Assembly (NCBI GenBank): GCA_040754455.1
Contig: JBFMCP010000001.1
Coordinates: 128,001-192,000, forward strand
DNA length: 64,000 nt
Direction: 5' to 3'
DNA from: Nitrospirota bacterium
GTDB taxonomy: Bacteria > Nitrospirota > Thermodesulfovibrionia > Thermodesulfovibrionales > Dissulfurispiraceae
Each line of letters begins with the position of its first letter. Position 1 is the stretch's first letter. The notes below the pieces were generated by a model that was given only the letters and a program-made list of their open reading frames with translations, did no database searches and was not told where the DNA came from. Position numbers and translations under genes: made by a program. Shown here piece by piece: positions 41,170 through 51,764 of this stretch.

Positions 41170-42027
41170 TTAACCGTCTGACGGCCTCAGATCACGGACT
41201 CCACTGCTCTCACTGCCTCCACTGCTCTGATGTTGAGGCTCTTCATAAACATTTACGACAAGGTCAACCTTTCGTACGATGCCGTTATGTTTAAATTCAG
41301 CAAAAATCGCATGTTTGCCGGGTCGCATGAAGACAAAGCTCACGGCGACTTCAGGGCCTCCGAGATTTTGCTTCGAAGTGGCATAAATGAATTCCTTGAG
41401 GTCCTCATCCCAGGCGGCAACTTGCATGTCAGTGCCCCCGATCTTTTCAAGTCCTTTGATCGGAGTGCCGTTATAGCTCAACTCATAGAGGACAGTAACC
41501 ACGTGCTCGGCATAAATTTTTCGGGGGATGAGCTTGGCTTTGACGCTGTATCCCTTATCGTCCTCGTGTCCGAACGCCTCATGGCCGGCTCTGCGGCCTT
41601 TAACATTGATATCTTTTCTCAGATTGATCCAGCCATTTCCTGCATTGAATACCGCCTCGATCCTGTATTTGCCTGCCCATGGCGCATTATAGACAAACCT
41701 GTACCGGCCGTTATTGAATTCAGGTTTGATATGCTTGTAGGCATGAAGCTCTTTATCAGTGATGAAAACATGGAGATCTCCTATCGCCTCTCCTGATTTC
41801 GAATTAATTGAGAATCCGAAGTCGGCAGGTTCTCCTGCGAGTGGCTGACCGGGCTCCAGAATAAGTTCATACTCGTGGGGATTTACCTGCACATTCCAAA
41901 TATACGGCTTCTCGTTATGGGTATCAGGAATCACCAGCACTTCCTGTCCGAAATCAAGTTCCGCTTGTGCATCAAAGGAGGCCGCGAGCAACAATAAAAA
42001 TACCATAAGAATCTTCTTTAAATTCAT
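41170..42027 (-). CDS. Exported two-domain beta protein, putative metal-binding
   Basis: Signal peptide (AQA); LHVFI..HAYKHIKP and PGKHAIFAEFKHNG motifs; internally duplicated architecture. Confidence 0.7.
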   Translation of the reverse strand: MNLKKILMVFLLLLAASFDAQAELDFGQEVLVIPDTHNEKPYIWNVQVNPHEYELILEPGQPLAGEPADFGFSINSKSGEAIGDLHVFITDKELHAYKHIKPEFNNGRYRFVYNAPWAGKYRIEAVFNAGNGWINLRKDINVKGRRAGHEAFGHEDDKGYSVKAKLIPRKIYAEHVVTVLYELSYNGTPIKGLEKIGGTDMQVAAWDEDLKEFIYATSKQNLGGPEVAVSFVFMRPGKHAIFAEFKHNGIVRKVDLVVNVYEEPQHQSSGGSESSGVRDLRPSDG

Positions 42028-42034
42028 AATTACC

Positions 42035-44089
42035 TCAATGTGTATGCCTCAGCGTCATGGGCTGACCGAGGATAAATGCGTTTACCATCATGAAAAATAC
42101 GGCGAGCACAGCCATAGGGATAAATGCTCGTAAAGCCTTATCCCCGTAGTGTCTGACCGCTATCCGGTATCCCGCGTAGAGGGAGAATATATTCAGTATC
42201 ATGAGTATCGCCATCTGGAGCCAGAATATGGATTCATTTCCCATTAACGGAACCACATTCCAATCAGGTTCGGCCATCTCCAGGCCGGTATAAGTGATAA
42301 GAACCCGCTGGATAGCAGGGATAATGCCGGGCCCCTCCTTAAACAGGTGTGAAATGTTGTGGGCAAGATGCATCGCAAGCCCTACGGGAATGAACATATA
42401 GGCGAACTGGATAAATGTAGCCTTCAGTCCGAGAGGTGATGCAGAACCGGTCGACTTTCTTACAATACCACTTGCTGCAAGGAGCAGGAGAGCTGGAACA
42501 ACAAGCGAGCCGATCGTCATTACAATCGGGACTATCGCTTTCTCGGCTCCCGCGTGGTCGGTTATGCCCAGAAGGCTCAAGGGGAGTGCTTTTCCTATCG
42601 CATCCATCCAGCGGTGCGAAGGCTCCACCATTTCACCAGTGACGACGATCGATACCCCCAGAATCACCAGTGCCAGATACGCCTCATCCATATACCCCCT
42701 TGCCGAGCCCCAGAGGTCCTTTGCGAAGCTCCTGAACCTGATGACGATATTATCCTGAGAGCAGGATTTGACGCACTCGCTGCAGAAGTTGCAGTAATTA
42801 TTCCGGTCGAGGGTCATCGGTGTCTCAAACATGGGACAGGGGCGGCCGGGGGCATTCCCCTTCATGCATTCTTTCACCCGATGACCCCTGCAGGTCTCGA
42901 TGCAGCGGTTCCTGAGTTCCACCGGACTGAACATGGAGTAGATACCGATAAGTCCCCCGATCGGGCACACGTATCGACAAAATGATCTTCCTTTGAAAAC
43001 AAACGCCATACCAACAGCTGCAGCGAAGAAGCCGAGAAGGAGGAAGGCAGTGAGCGCGGGCTTGTTCACGATGCCGCTGTAACTGTCCCACAAGGTAAGG
43101 CCGAAAAAGAGGAAGCTCGAGAGCCAGATGTTCCTGAGCGGTTTCGGGAAGCTGCGGTTGAGACGTGCGAACCTCCCGATCCAGTCCTGCACCGCACCAA
43201 AGGGACACATCATGCACCATACTCTTCCCACAAAAACAAAGGTGAAGATGATGGCTGCCCACCAGATCGTCCACATGAGCAGTGTGGCAATGTTACGGTC
43301 GCCCTGCTGTACATCAAAAAGTCCGGCGAAGATGATTATGGTAAAGAAGATAAACGCCGGTATCTGAAAGACGGGCTGGAACCATGCCGACTTCATGAAC
43401 CGTTTTATCCAGGGGATATCGAGTATGTTCAGCTTTTGTCCACGGGCAATGCTTGCTGATTTTCGCTGCGAGAGTATCCAGACGCCAAAGATGCCGCTAA
43501 GAAAAATAATCCCGATGACAAAGAGCATCCGGTAAAAGGGGATCTGAGAAGCTCTGACGTAAGTTATCTTGCCGCCGACGAGGAGCGGCTTTTCGAACTG
43601 CCCCTCTCCAAACGAGCGAATGGCAAGAGTATAGATATACTCTCCCTCTTCGTGGAGGTGATAGAGAGCAGAATAATTTCCCGCTTTTTGCTGTGGGACA
43701 AGTCGCTTATACGCAGAGAGATCAACAGATGAAGGCATCTCCATAGGCACAACATCGCCGAAATCAAGGCCCTCACCCTGCGCCGATGTGCTGTTGGATA
43801 TAGAAGAAGGCGTGTGCCCTTCATGCGCGCTGTTCTGTCCCGCCTTTTCGATGAGAATGTAGACTTCTGCATCCAGAATAGGGTTCTTTGTAGCAAGATC
43901 GGTTAAAGAAATCACTACTTCCGGCGCTTTCCCTTCCGTGTAGGATTCTGGATGAAGCGTTAGCTGTACATGCGCTTTATCAACATGAAACTCGCCAAAG
44001 AAAGCTTTTTCATGGCCCTCGCTTCCGAGGACGCTGTTGGCAAGGCCGAACGATACTAGCGCTGTGAGTAAAAGCAAAATCTTTTTCAT
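42035..44089 (-). CDS. Membrane 4Fe-4S-binding protein (NosR/NapH/RdxA-like) with periplasmic N-terminal domain
   Basis: GRVWCMMCPFG, RSFCRYVCPIGG, CNFCSECVKSC; many TM helices; signal peptide. Confidence 0.85.
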   Translation of the reverse strand: MKKILLLLTALVSFGLANSVLGSEGHEKAFFGEFHVDKAHVQLTLHPESYTEGKAPEVVISLTDLATKNPILDAEVYILIEKAGQNSAHEGHTPSSISNSTSAQGEGLDFGDVVPMEMPSSVDLSAYKRLVPQQKAGNYSALYHLHEEGEYIYTLAIRSFGEGQFEKPLLVGGKITYVRASQIPFYRMLFVIGIIFLSGIFGVWILSQRKSASIARGQKLNILDIPWIKRFMKSAWFQPVFQIPAFIFFTIIIFAGLFDVQQGDRNIATLLMWTIWWAAIIFTFVFVGRVWCMMCPFGAVQDWIGRFARLNRSFPKPLRNIWLSSFLFFGLTLWDSYSGIVNKPALTAFLLLGFFAAAVGMAFVFKGRSFCRYVCPIGGLIGIYSMFSPVELRNRCIETCRGHRVKECMKGNAPGRPCPMFETPMTLDRNNYCNFCSECVKSCSQDNIVIRFRSFAKDLWGSARGYMDEAYLALVILGVSIVVTGEMVEPSHRWMDAIGKALPLSLLGITDHAGAEKAIVPIVMTIGSLVVPALLLLAASGIVRKSTGSASPLGLKATFIQFAYMFIPVGLAMHLAHNISHLFKEGPGIIPAIQRVLITYTGLEMAEPDWNVVPLMGNESIFWLQMAILMILNIFSLYAGYRIAVRHYGDKALRAFIPMAVLAVFFMMVNAFILGQPMTLRHTH

Positions 44090-44685
44090 TTTCTCTTAAA
44101 AAGCTCGTTAATAATGAGCACTCCTCTCCGTGCTCCCGAAGCAATAGCCTGGGCAGGCTTTTCCTTGCCGGACGGAGCGGTAATATCAGCACCGACCTTG
44201 AAGGGATCGGAGGCCTTTTTGCCTTCGAACTGTTTGAGAAATGCCTGATTCGTGACCTTTTCCGATTCCTTGTTCTCAAAAATATATACTTTTTGAATAG
44301 CACCTTTGCCGCCTACAACAACGCCGATCTCTATTTTTCCTTCCTCGCCATAGGCATCGATAAACATTATTGCCGATGCTTTGCGGGGCGGCGCCCCCGG
44401 ATTGCCCCTTATCACGGCAAGGTAGATCGAAGGTTTCACATCCTCCTCAGGCAGCGTGCTGCCGAGCGCCTTCTCGATATGCAGTCGCTGCTCATCAGAG
44501 ATATACAAGTTCTTTTGCTCAAATGATTCAGCCTGCGGGACCATCGTCTTGAGTTTTTCTCCCGGCCAGACAAGGTCATGGGCAAGAATAGTTGTTGCAG
44601 AAACGAGTAGGAGCATAAGAGAAGAGAGAAATAAAAGGCTTTCTCTCCGATATCCTTTTGTATAGCACAGGTATTGCTCGATCAT
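44086..44685 (-). CDS. FMN-bind-like exported protein
   Basis: GEEGKIEIGVVV..E..FLKQFEGK pattern; lacks the canonical [S/T]GA[S/T] flavinylation motif. Confidence 0.65.
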   Translation of the reverse strand: MIEQYLCYTKGYRRESLLFLSSLMLLLVSATTILAHDLVWPGEKLKTMVPQAESFEQKNLYISDEQRLHIEKALGSTLPEEDVKPSIYLAVIRGNPGAPPRKASAIMFIDAYGEEGKIEIGVVVGGKGAIQKVYIFENKESEKVTNQAFLKQFEGKKASDPFKVGADITAPSGKEKPAQAIASGARRGVLIINELFKRK

Positions 44686-44934
44686 ATCCCCTCCATAAGT
44701 AATCTTGTTTATAGCAAAACCGAAAAAGATAAAAAAGTGCGAGAAATGTTTTCTCTACGAGACGCAGGAGGTGCTTTCGGCTTGTTTTGCATGGACCTAC
44801 GTTACCAAACAATTTTGAAGGAAATATGAATGAAAGCTATTGACGGCTGTTTCGGCCGATTACCGGTGGGTGGGATTAGTTTTCTATAACGGTTTGATTA
44901 AGGTTATAGCAGAGGACATCATTGCCCAAAGCAA

Positions 44935-45049
44935 GAGATCGCTTCGGCGCCTCCGACAGATCGCAATGCCGGTATCTGCAACCGAAGACAAATCAAATGC
45001 TGGCATCGACTCGTCATCATTGCGAAGAGAGAGGTTTCGAAGCAATTTC
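44935..45049. repeat. Degenerate REP-like inverted repeat pair
   Basis: GAGATCGCTTCG..TCGCAATG inverted against CATTGCGA..CGAAGCAATTTC. Confidence 0.55.
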
Positions 45050-45288
45050 ATCTCTGAGAAGCTATGAGCTATGCGCTGTTTTGAAAAAAAAGCAGGCAAT
45101 ACACATACGCGACTCTACCGTGTTGCCGCACAAAAAAATCGCTCCTGCTCACATCAAACTGGCTATCGCTGTAACGGCGAATCCGATACCCATCAGCAGA
45201 AGCGCCCGCAGTACCAGGGCTTTGGTCAGAGTCGTCTGTTTATCGGGCATCGCACGGCTTCCTCTTCTGTTGCTTGTAGGTACGGTGT

Positions 45289-46284
45289 TTACCCTGCAGT
45301 GCCTGCAAAGGTATCCTTCAGCAGTGAGGCCTCTCCTGATGCAGCGGCCGGACTATCCAGCGGTACCTTTGTCGACGGATCCCTCTGCGCGCTCCACTTG
45401 AGCTTTGCGGAACCTCCGCTGTTCTGTTTCATACTGCCTTCGATGCGATTGCCTTTTACCTTTCCGACAAACTCCAACGGATCAGTGCTCCCTGCTCTTA
45501 TATGCGCAGCAGTAAACCGGATATGGTCTCCTGTCAGCCGCACGTTGCTGAGCACAGCTTCTGAATTACCGGAGCGGAGTGTACCCGAGACCTTCTGGAA
45601 CTTCTGTCTGAGCCGGAGGGTATACTGCTTTTCACCCTTGCCGTCGGACATGCTCCATTTCCAGGTGCCCGATACGTTCGCAGGAATGACCCAGTAGTAT
45701 ACGGTATGCCCGTTCACCTCCTTTTGCCGGTCAGGTGTCCAGTCGTCCATATCAAAATCATGCGATACGATCCGCGTCCCGGGTTTTAATTCCCTGAAAA
45801 GCTTGGTCCGCAGCTTCATGTTAATGGATGAAAGCAGATACATTGTCACAACACTGGCCTTGCTGATATCCATGCTGAAGAGGTCTTTCTTAAGGAATTG
45901 GACCTTGTCGGTCACCCCGGCTTTGCGGGCGTTTTCGTTGCTCTCCCTTATTCTTTGCGGATCGATATCCACTCCAACGCCCCTGACGCCCAGCATTTTC
46001 GCTGCAGTGATGACAATACGACCGTCCCCGCAGCCGAGGTCATAGAGCATATCGCTGCTCTTCACTCCGGCGATGTGAAGCATTTCCCGTACCACCTCAT
46101 GCGGTGTCGGCACATATGGCACATCGAGCTTCGGAGCTGAGGGGTCCTCATTCCAGGAGAGCCCCGGAAGCGCTACAGAAGGAAGCCGGCTGCTCCCGGG
46201 CAATTCTCCTCTTCCTACAGATATTCCCCAAAAAGTGAGTACTACAACGACCGCCACACCGTACATCAATCGCTTTTTCATCAC
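45289..46284 (-). CDS. Class I SAM-dependent methyltransferase with signal/TM segment and C-terminal beta domain
   Basis: DVPYVPTP, DLGCGDGR, PGTRIVSHDF. Confidence 0.88.
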   Translation of the reverse strand: MMKKRLMYGVAVVVVLTFWGISVGRGELPGSSRLPSVALPGLSWNEDPSAPKLDVPYVPTPHEVVREMLHIAGVKSSDMLYDLGCGDGRIVITAAKMLGVRGVGVDIDPQRIRESNENARKAGVTDKVQFLKKDLFSMDISKASVVTMYLLSSINMKLRTKLFRELKPGTRIVSHDFDMDDWTPDRQKEVNGHTVYYWVIPANVSGTWKWSMSDGKGEKQYTLRLRQKFQKVSGTLRSGNSEAVLSNVRLTGDHIRFTAAHIRAGSTDPLEFVGKVKGNRIEGSMKQNSGGSAKLKWSAQRDPSTKVPLDSPAAASGEASLLKDTFAGTAG

Positions 46285-47663
46285 TACCCTCCTTTTTGTG
46301 CCTGTTGTCGCTCATGCAAGCGCACTGCAAAGAGCAGGGGGATGCCGGCAAGCAGTACGCCGACTCCTCCCAGAGCACCGATACCGGTATACGAAAGGCT
46401 CGACTGCAACATATAACTGCAGAGTCCGCAGAACACCAGCGGCGTCGCAGGATAGAGGGGCACACGAAACGGCCTGAACATATCGGGCTCCTTTCTTCGC
46501 AGAATGAACAGAGAAACTCCCACCAGAAGAAAGAAGAACCAGAACACAGGGGCGGTATACTCGACCATCGTCGCAAAACCATTGCGCGTCACCGTACCGA
46601 GAATGATCAGCCCCAATGCAATGCCGGCCTGTACCGTCAGGGCATTCACCGGCGTGCTCGCCCGCTCGTTCCATTTTCCGAGAAAGCTGAAAAGGGCAAC
46701 ATCCCTTCCCAGGGCATAGCCTGTACGCGCTCCGGTGATGATCGCGGCATTCCCTGTGCTCAATGCCGCAAGAATAATGAGTATACTGATGAACTGAGCC
46801 CCCTGCTCTCCCGATACACGGCGCATGAAATCGGCAGCGACTGCCGGTGATGCGGCAGTCGCTGCCAGCCCGAGCACTTTTAAAAAGACATAGTTGGCAG
46901 CAAGATAAAGGACAGTAATAATGCTTATCCCAGAGAGGAGCACCCGCGCCATGTTCCGCTGCGTATCGCGTACCTCGGACGAGAGGTATGCAGCCTCATT
47001 CCAGCCGCCGTAGGTCAGCAGCACAAAGATCATCGCCTTGCCAAAGGCGGAATCTTGTAGAGGAAGTGCAATTGCGGAAGAGGCCGGCGGTGCAATCATC
47101 GAGAACCCGAGTCCCACCACCGCCAGCAGCCCTATAATCATAATGATGGTGAGCATGTTCTGCACCCATTTACCCTGACGTATGCCGGCGATATTAAGAG
47201 CGGTAAGAAAGATAATAATGAGCGCAGCGTAGAGTGATGCAGAGTAACGGCCGAGGCTGAAGACCTCTGAAGCGTAATCGCCGACCAGAAACGCCCCCAT
47301 AGCGATCGACCCTGTCTGGATAACGGTAATACGGGCCCAGGCAAAGAGAAAGGCGAGCTCGCTGCCGAAAGCCCGGCTGATATAGTGGTAGTCGCCGCCG
47401 GCGTGCGGGTAAGTCGACGTGAGCTCTGCATAGCAGAGGGCGCCGATGAGCGACAGCACCCCTCCCAACAGCCAGAAGAGCAATGCAGATTCCTCATTGA
47501 TAGAGCTGGCAGCGACGAGAGAGGGCGTCTTGAAGATTCCAGCCCCAATGACCGTGCCGACCACAAGGGCGACGGCATCGAACATTGAAAGGGTCTGCTT
47601 CGGCGCTGTTCCGGGAAAAGAACGACTATTGCGGGAGAACGACTTAACGCCCATATGTTGCAT
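46284..47663 (-). CDS. APC-family amino acid permease
   Basis: IGAGIF, CYAEL, AGGDY, YGGWNE, RPFRVPLYP. Confidence 0.93.
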   Translation of the reverse strand: MQHMGVKSFSRNSRSFPGTAPKQTLSMFDAVALVVGTVIGAGIFKTPSLVAASSINEESALLFWLLGGVLSLIGALCYAELTSTYPHAGGDYHYISRAFGSELAFLFAWARITVIQTGSIAMGAFLVGDYASEVFSLGRYSASLYAALIIIFLTALNIAGIRQGKWVQNMLTIIMIIGLLAVVGLGFSMIAPPASSAIALPLQDSAFGKAMIFVLLTYGGWNEAAYLSSEVRDTQRNMARVLLSGISIITVLYLAANYVFLKVLGLAATAASPAVAADFMRRVSGEQGAQFISILIILAALSTGNAAIITGARTGYALGRDVALFSFLGKWNERASTPVNALTVQAGIALGLIILGTVTRNGFATMVEYTAPVFWFFFLLVGVSLFILRRKEPDMFRPFRVPLYPATPLVFCGLCSYMLQSSLSYTGIGALGGVGVLLAGIPLLFAVRLHERQQAQKGG

Positions 47664-47847
47664 CCCTGATAACGGAACGAAAATGTTTGGAAGGTGGTTA
47701 AAGGAACAACGTGGTCCGCAGCGTACATCCTGTACTTAAACCATAGCACACAACCTGAGATGTGTGAAGTCAGTGCCGGAATATGCTAATGAGAGCGGCC
47801 GCTCGGGATGATGGAAATACCCGGAACTGCTTGGATTACCTGCCCTG

Positions 47848-48285
47848 CTATTTCTTCTCGGTTACCTCGACAAGCTCCAGGTCAAAGGTGAGGTCCTGCC
47901 CGGCGAGGGGATGGTTGGCATCGAGGGTAACGCTCTTTTCATCAAGGTCGGTGACGACGACGGTGATATCCCTTCCGTCGGGCTGTTTGACCCGAAGGCT
48001 CATACCTGTTTCAAGGTTGATCTCCGGAGGGATCTGATCCCTGCTGATACAGACCACCAGATCGTCACGGTGGGGGCCGTACGCATCATCCGCAGGAATA
48101 GTGACCGTCTTGTGCTCTCCCACCGACATCTCCGATACCGCCTTCTCAAATCCGGGAATAAGGTCTTTTTCACCGTAAACGAATTCAATCGGATCACTGC
48201 CTCTTGATGAGTCAAAGACGGTGCCATCGCTCAATTTCCCGGTATAATGCACCTTTACTTTACTTCCTTCAGCGATCTGTCCCAT
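47848..48285 (-). CDS. FKBP-type peptidyl-prolyl isomerase (SlyD/SlpA-like)
   Basis: VHYTGKL.DG.VFDSS, LIPGFE, DANHPLAG. Confidence 0.93.
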   Translation of the reverse strand: MGQIAEGSKVKVHYTGKLSDGTVFDSSRGSDPIEFVYGEKDLIPGFEKAVSEMSVGEHKTVTIPADDAYGPHRDDLVVCISRDQIPPEINLETGMSLRVKQPDGRDITVVVTDLDEKSVTLDANHPLAGQDLTFDLELVEVTEKK

Positions 48286-48539
48286 AGTGTCCTCCTTTTG
48301 AGCTGACCGACGACATCAGCTGGTATGTTTTTAGAATACCCGATCGTGTGGGAAAATACACTCCCCTGCCCATGCCCGGCCCTTCGTGAATTGCACAACA
48401 GTACCCGGACACCCACGTCCTGTATAATACATAATAACAGTATTCGTATATTCGCTACACCCGTGGCCTCTTTCATCTTGAATCGGCCCTTGGGCATGGG
48501 GTATTATGAACATTTGAGAGATTGCAAGCGGAGGTTCTT

Positions 48540-49949
48540 TTGAGTACTACCGTAAGGGTTAGATTCGCACCGAGTCCGACAGGGCACCTGCATATCGGCG
48601 GTGCGCGCACCGCATTGTTCAACTGGCTGTTTGCGCGGCACCACAAGGGAACGTTCATCCTCAGGATCGAGGATACCGATACCACCCGTTCGACAGAGGA
48701 GTATATCGAAGCCATCATCGAAGGGATGCGCTGGCTGAAGCTCGATTGGGACGAAGGGCCCTTCCGACAGACCTCCCGTTTTGACATCTACCGGAGTTAT
48801 GTCGATCGCCTGATCAAAGAGGACAAGGCCTACTATTGCTATTGTACGCCCGAGGAACTGGAGCAGCGGCGGCAGGAGGCCCTTGCACAAGGCAGGCAGC
48901 CGAGATACGACGGCAGGTGCAGGCTCCGCACAGAACCGATTCCCGGCAGGCCGGCAGCAGTGCGGTTCAAGATGCCCCAGGAGGGCACGACGGTGGTCAA
49001 TGATCTGATCAAGGGCGTTATTGAATTCGACAACAGCGTCCTGGAAGATATGGTGATCCTCAGGTCCGACGGTACGCCGACCTATAACTTCGTCGTCGTT
49101 GTCGACGATATCGATATGAAGATAACCCACGTAATACGTGGTGATGATCATGTCAACAATACGCCGAAACAGATACATATCTATAAGGCGTTCGGCTGGG
49201 AGGTGCCCCAGTTCGCCCATCTGCCCATGATACTCGGCGCTGATAAGACAAGACTCAGCAAGCGGCACGGCGCCACATCGGTCATGGCATATAAGGAAAT
49301 GGGCTACCTCCCCGATGCCCTCGTCAACTATCTCGTGCGCCTCGGATGGTCTTACGGCGACCAGGAAGTGTTCACGAGGGAAGAGCTGATCAAGTACTTT
49401 TCCCTCGAAAATGTGGGGTCATCGGCAGCGGTCTTCAACCCCGAGAAACTTCTCTGGCTCAACAGCCAGTATATCAACCGGTCCTCTGCCGAAGAGCTCG
49501 CTGCACTGGTGCCGCCGTTCCTCGTAAAGGAAGGAATCATCGCCGAAGGACAAAAGCTCGATATGCAGTGGCTTGCAAAAGCAGTCCAGTCGCTCAAGGA
49601 GAGGAGCAAAACGCTCGTTGAGCTTGCGCAGTCCCTGAGATACTATATTCTCGACTACGTTGACATCGACCCGAAGGCCCGGGAGAAATTCCTGAAACCT
49701 GAAAATATAGCTCTCCTGTCAGAGCTGCACGCAACGCTTTCCGGTGTTACCGATTTTACCGCAACGGAGATCGAGAAGGCGGTTCACACACTCGCAGAAC
49801 GACTCGGGGTGAAGCTCGGCGCCATTGCCCAGCCCGCACGGGTCGCAATCACCGGCGGCACGGCGAGCCCCGGGATATTCGAGGTGATCGAGATCGTGGG
49901 GAAAGAGAAAGTACTGAAGCGGTTGGAAAAGGTCATCTCAGGAGGATAA
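48540..49949 (+). CDS. gltX: Glutamate-tRNA ligase
   Basis: [22 protein letters not shown] start after GGAGG. Confidence 0.97.
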   Translation: MSTTVRVRFAPSPTGHLHIGGARTALFNWLFARHHKGTFILRIEDTDTTRSTEEYIEAIIEGMRWLKLDWDEGPFRQTSRFDIYRSYVDRLIKEDKAYYCYCTPEELEQRRQEALAQGRQPRYDGRCRLRTEPIPGRPAAVRFKMPQEGTTVVNDLIKGVIEFDNSVLEDMVILRSDGTPTYNFVVVVDDIDMKITHVIRGDDHVNNTPKQIHIYKAFGWEVPQFAHLPMILGADKTRLSKRHGATSVMAYKEMGYLPDALVNYLVRLGWSYGDQEVFTREELIKYFSLENVGSSAAVFNPEKLLWLNSQYINRSSAEELAALVPPFLVKEGIIAEGQKLDMQWLAKAVQSLKERSKTLVELAQSLRYYILDYVDIDPKAREKFLKPENIALLSELHATLSGVTDFTATEIEKAVHTLAERLGVKLGAIAQPARVAITGGTASPGIFEVIEIVGKEKVLKRLEKVISGG

Positions 49950-50120
49950 ATGGCACTCAGCAAGGAACTGCTCGATGTACTGGCCTGTCCGAAATGCAAG
50001 GGCGACCTGATCTACAAGGAAGCGGAGAACGGCTTGCTCTGCCCTACCTGCAGGCTCATGTACCCGGTCAAGGACGATATCCCCATCATGATCATCGAGG
50101 AAGCAACAAAACTACCGTGA
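49950..50120 (+). CDS. Trm112/YcaR-family protein (56 aa)
   Basis: Hand translation MALSKELLDVLACPKCKGDL..CPTCRLMYPVKDDIPIM; shorter than any ORF listed in the track. Confidence 0.92.
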   Translation: MALSKELLDVLACPKCKGDLIYKEAENGLLCPTCRLMYPVKDDIPIMIIEEATKLP

Positions 50121-50124
50121 CGCG

Positions 50125-51168
50125 TTACGGCTTTTCGATCTCTTTTACCCGCTTTTGGACATAATCAAGAGAGGGGTCGCTCAATGGCGCATACTTAAGC
50201 ACGTTCCTGTACGCCTCCGCAGCTTCTGCCAGGAGCCCTGCCTGCTCACAGGCAAGTCCTTTATTCAGAAAGGTCCGGTAGTTGAGCGGATCGATCTGCA
50301 GCGCCTTGTTGTAATCAGCAATCGCCTGATCATACTGCCCCCTTTTGTAATACACGAGCCCCCTGTTGTTGTACGGCTCTGCGCGGTTCGGATCGAGCTC
50401 TATGGTTTTGTTGTAGTCTGACAGCGCACGTTCATAAGAGCCTATCTGATTGTAGATGTCACCCCTGAGATAGTAGATTCCCGGCTGGTTCGGATCCAGT
50501 TCCAGCGCCCTACTGTAATCGGCAATCGCCTGCTCGTAGCGTCCCTTTTTGCTGCAGACGCTCCCTCTGCTGAAATAGGTGAGCGCATCCTTCGGGTTGA
50601 TCTCTATCGCCTTTGAGTAGTCCTGCAGGGCCTGGTCATACTGGCCAGTGCGAACATATGTGTTGCCCCGCAATACGTAGGCTCGGTCATTCTTGGGATT
50701 TATTTCTATCGCCTTGCTGTAATCCGCACGAGCACGCTCAAAATCCCCCTTCATAGAGAAGGCGAATCCCCTGTTCTCATAGGCGTTCGCGTAACGCGAG
50801 TCGACACTGATCGCTTTGGTATAGTCATCAACGGCCTGATCATACTGTCCTTTCAGGTAGTAAATCAGTCCACGGCTGTTATATGCCTTGGCAAAGGTGG
50901 GGTGGAGCTCAAGCACCCTGTTGAAGTCGAGGAGGGCACGGTCGTAAAGTTCCTTGTCAAAATAGGCACGTCCCCTGTTATAAAGGGCCGATACATACTG
51001 AGGATCGAGCTCGAGCGCCTTATCGTACTCCGCAATCGCCTCATCGAAGCGTCCGCCTTGCTGATAAGAGACTCCCCGGTCATTGAGATTCACAACGGAC
51101 TTGCCCACGGTTGTTGCGCATCCCGCCAAAAGGATCATAAGGCCTGCTGCTAAACTTCTCTTCATCAT
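50125..51168 (-). CDS. TPR-repeat lipoprotein
   Basis: LAGC lipobox followed by about nine 34-aa TPRs. Confidence 0.92.
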   Translation of the reverse strand: MMKRSLAAGLMILLAGCATTVGKSVVNLNDRGVSYQQGGRFDEAIAEYDKALELDPQYVSALYNRGRAYFDKELYDRALLDFNRVLELHPTFAKAYNSRGLIYYLKGQYDQAVDDYTKAISVDSRYANAYENRGFAFSMKGDFERARADYSKAIEINPKNDRAYVLRGNTYVRTGQYDQALQDYSKAIEINPKDALTYFSRGSVCSKKGRYEQAIADYSRALELDPNQPGIYYLRGDIYNQIGSYERALSDYNKTIELDPNRAEPYNNRGLVYYKRGQYDQAIADYNKALQIDPLNYRTFLNKGLACEQAGLLAEAAEAYRNVLKYAPLSDPSLDYVQKRVKEIEKP

Positions 51169-51564
51169 TGCTCCTGCTCCTGCAAAATATTCTTATGCGC
51201 AGTACGTCCCAGAACCAGCGATACGCAGCTCTGTCCATCGTGAGAATGCCTTACAGCAGAAGCAGAAAGGGATACGAAGAGGAGCAGGAGAACGGCATCA
51301 AGAACAGCAGGGCGAAACAGCAATGGCAATTGTCTGAAAACGATCCTATACTTCACACTGCTTAACGGCACGTTACGTATCACTGCATTCAAAGCAACTA
51401 CTCCACACAAAGTGCATTATTATACCACAAGCTATTGAGAGGAATTGAGGAAGTCTTCGGGAACGCCGTCAGGCAGGGTCGCTATCTATCCAAATCAAAA
51501 GAGCACGCTTGACAATCGCATATTTATAATACATGCTAATGCATATCAATAGAAGGAGGCGCCG

Positions 51565-51763
51565 TTGAGAACGACATTAAATATAGAAGATGATCTGCTT
51601 GAGAAGGCGGCAAAGTTGACGGGGATTAAGGAAAAAAACTTCACTCGTGAGGCTCGGGCTCGAAGCGCTTATAGCACAAGAAAGCGGCAAAAGACTTGCA
51701 AAAATGGGGGGCACTGAAAGGAAACTGGAGGCAATACCCCGCAGGAGAGCTGCAGACAGGTAA
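51565..51763 (+). pseudogene. vapB: Frameshifted VapB-type antitoxin
   Basis: MRTTLNIEDDLL.. joins TSLVRLGLEALI.. only if one A is removed from the A7 run at 51632-51638. Confidence 0.8.
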
Positions 51764-51764
51764 A

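Noticed and set aside
50125..51168. Periodicity in the TPR gene as a DNA repeat array
   Set aside because: Protein-level 34-aa TPR repeats with diverged codons.
51165..51410. 81-aa ORF upstream of the TPR lipoprotein
   Set aside because: No convincing RBS or motif, so it cannot be supported as a gene.
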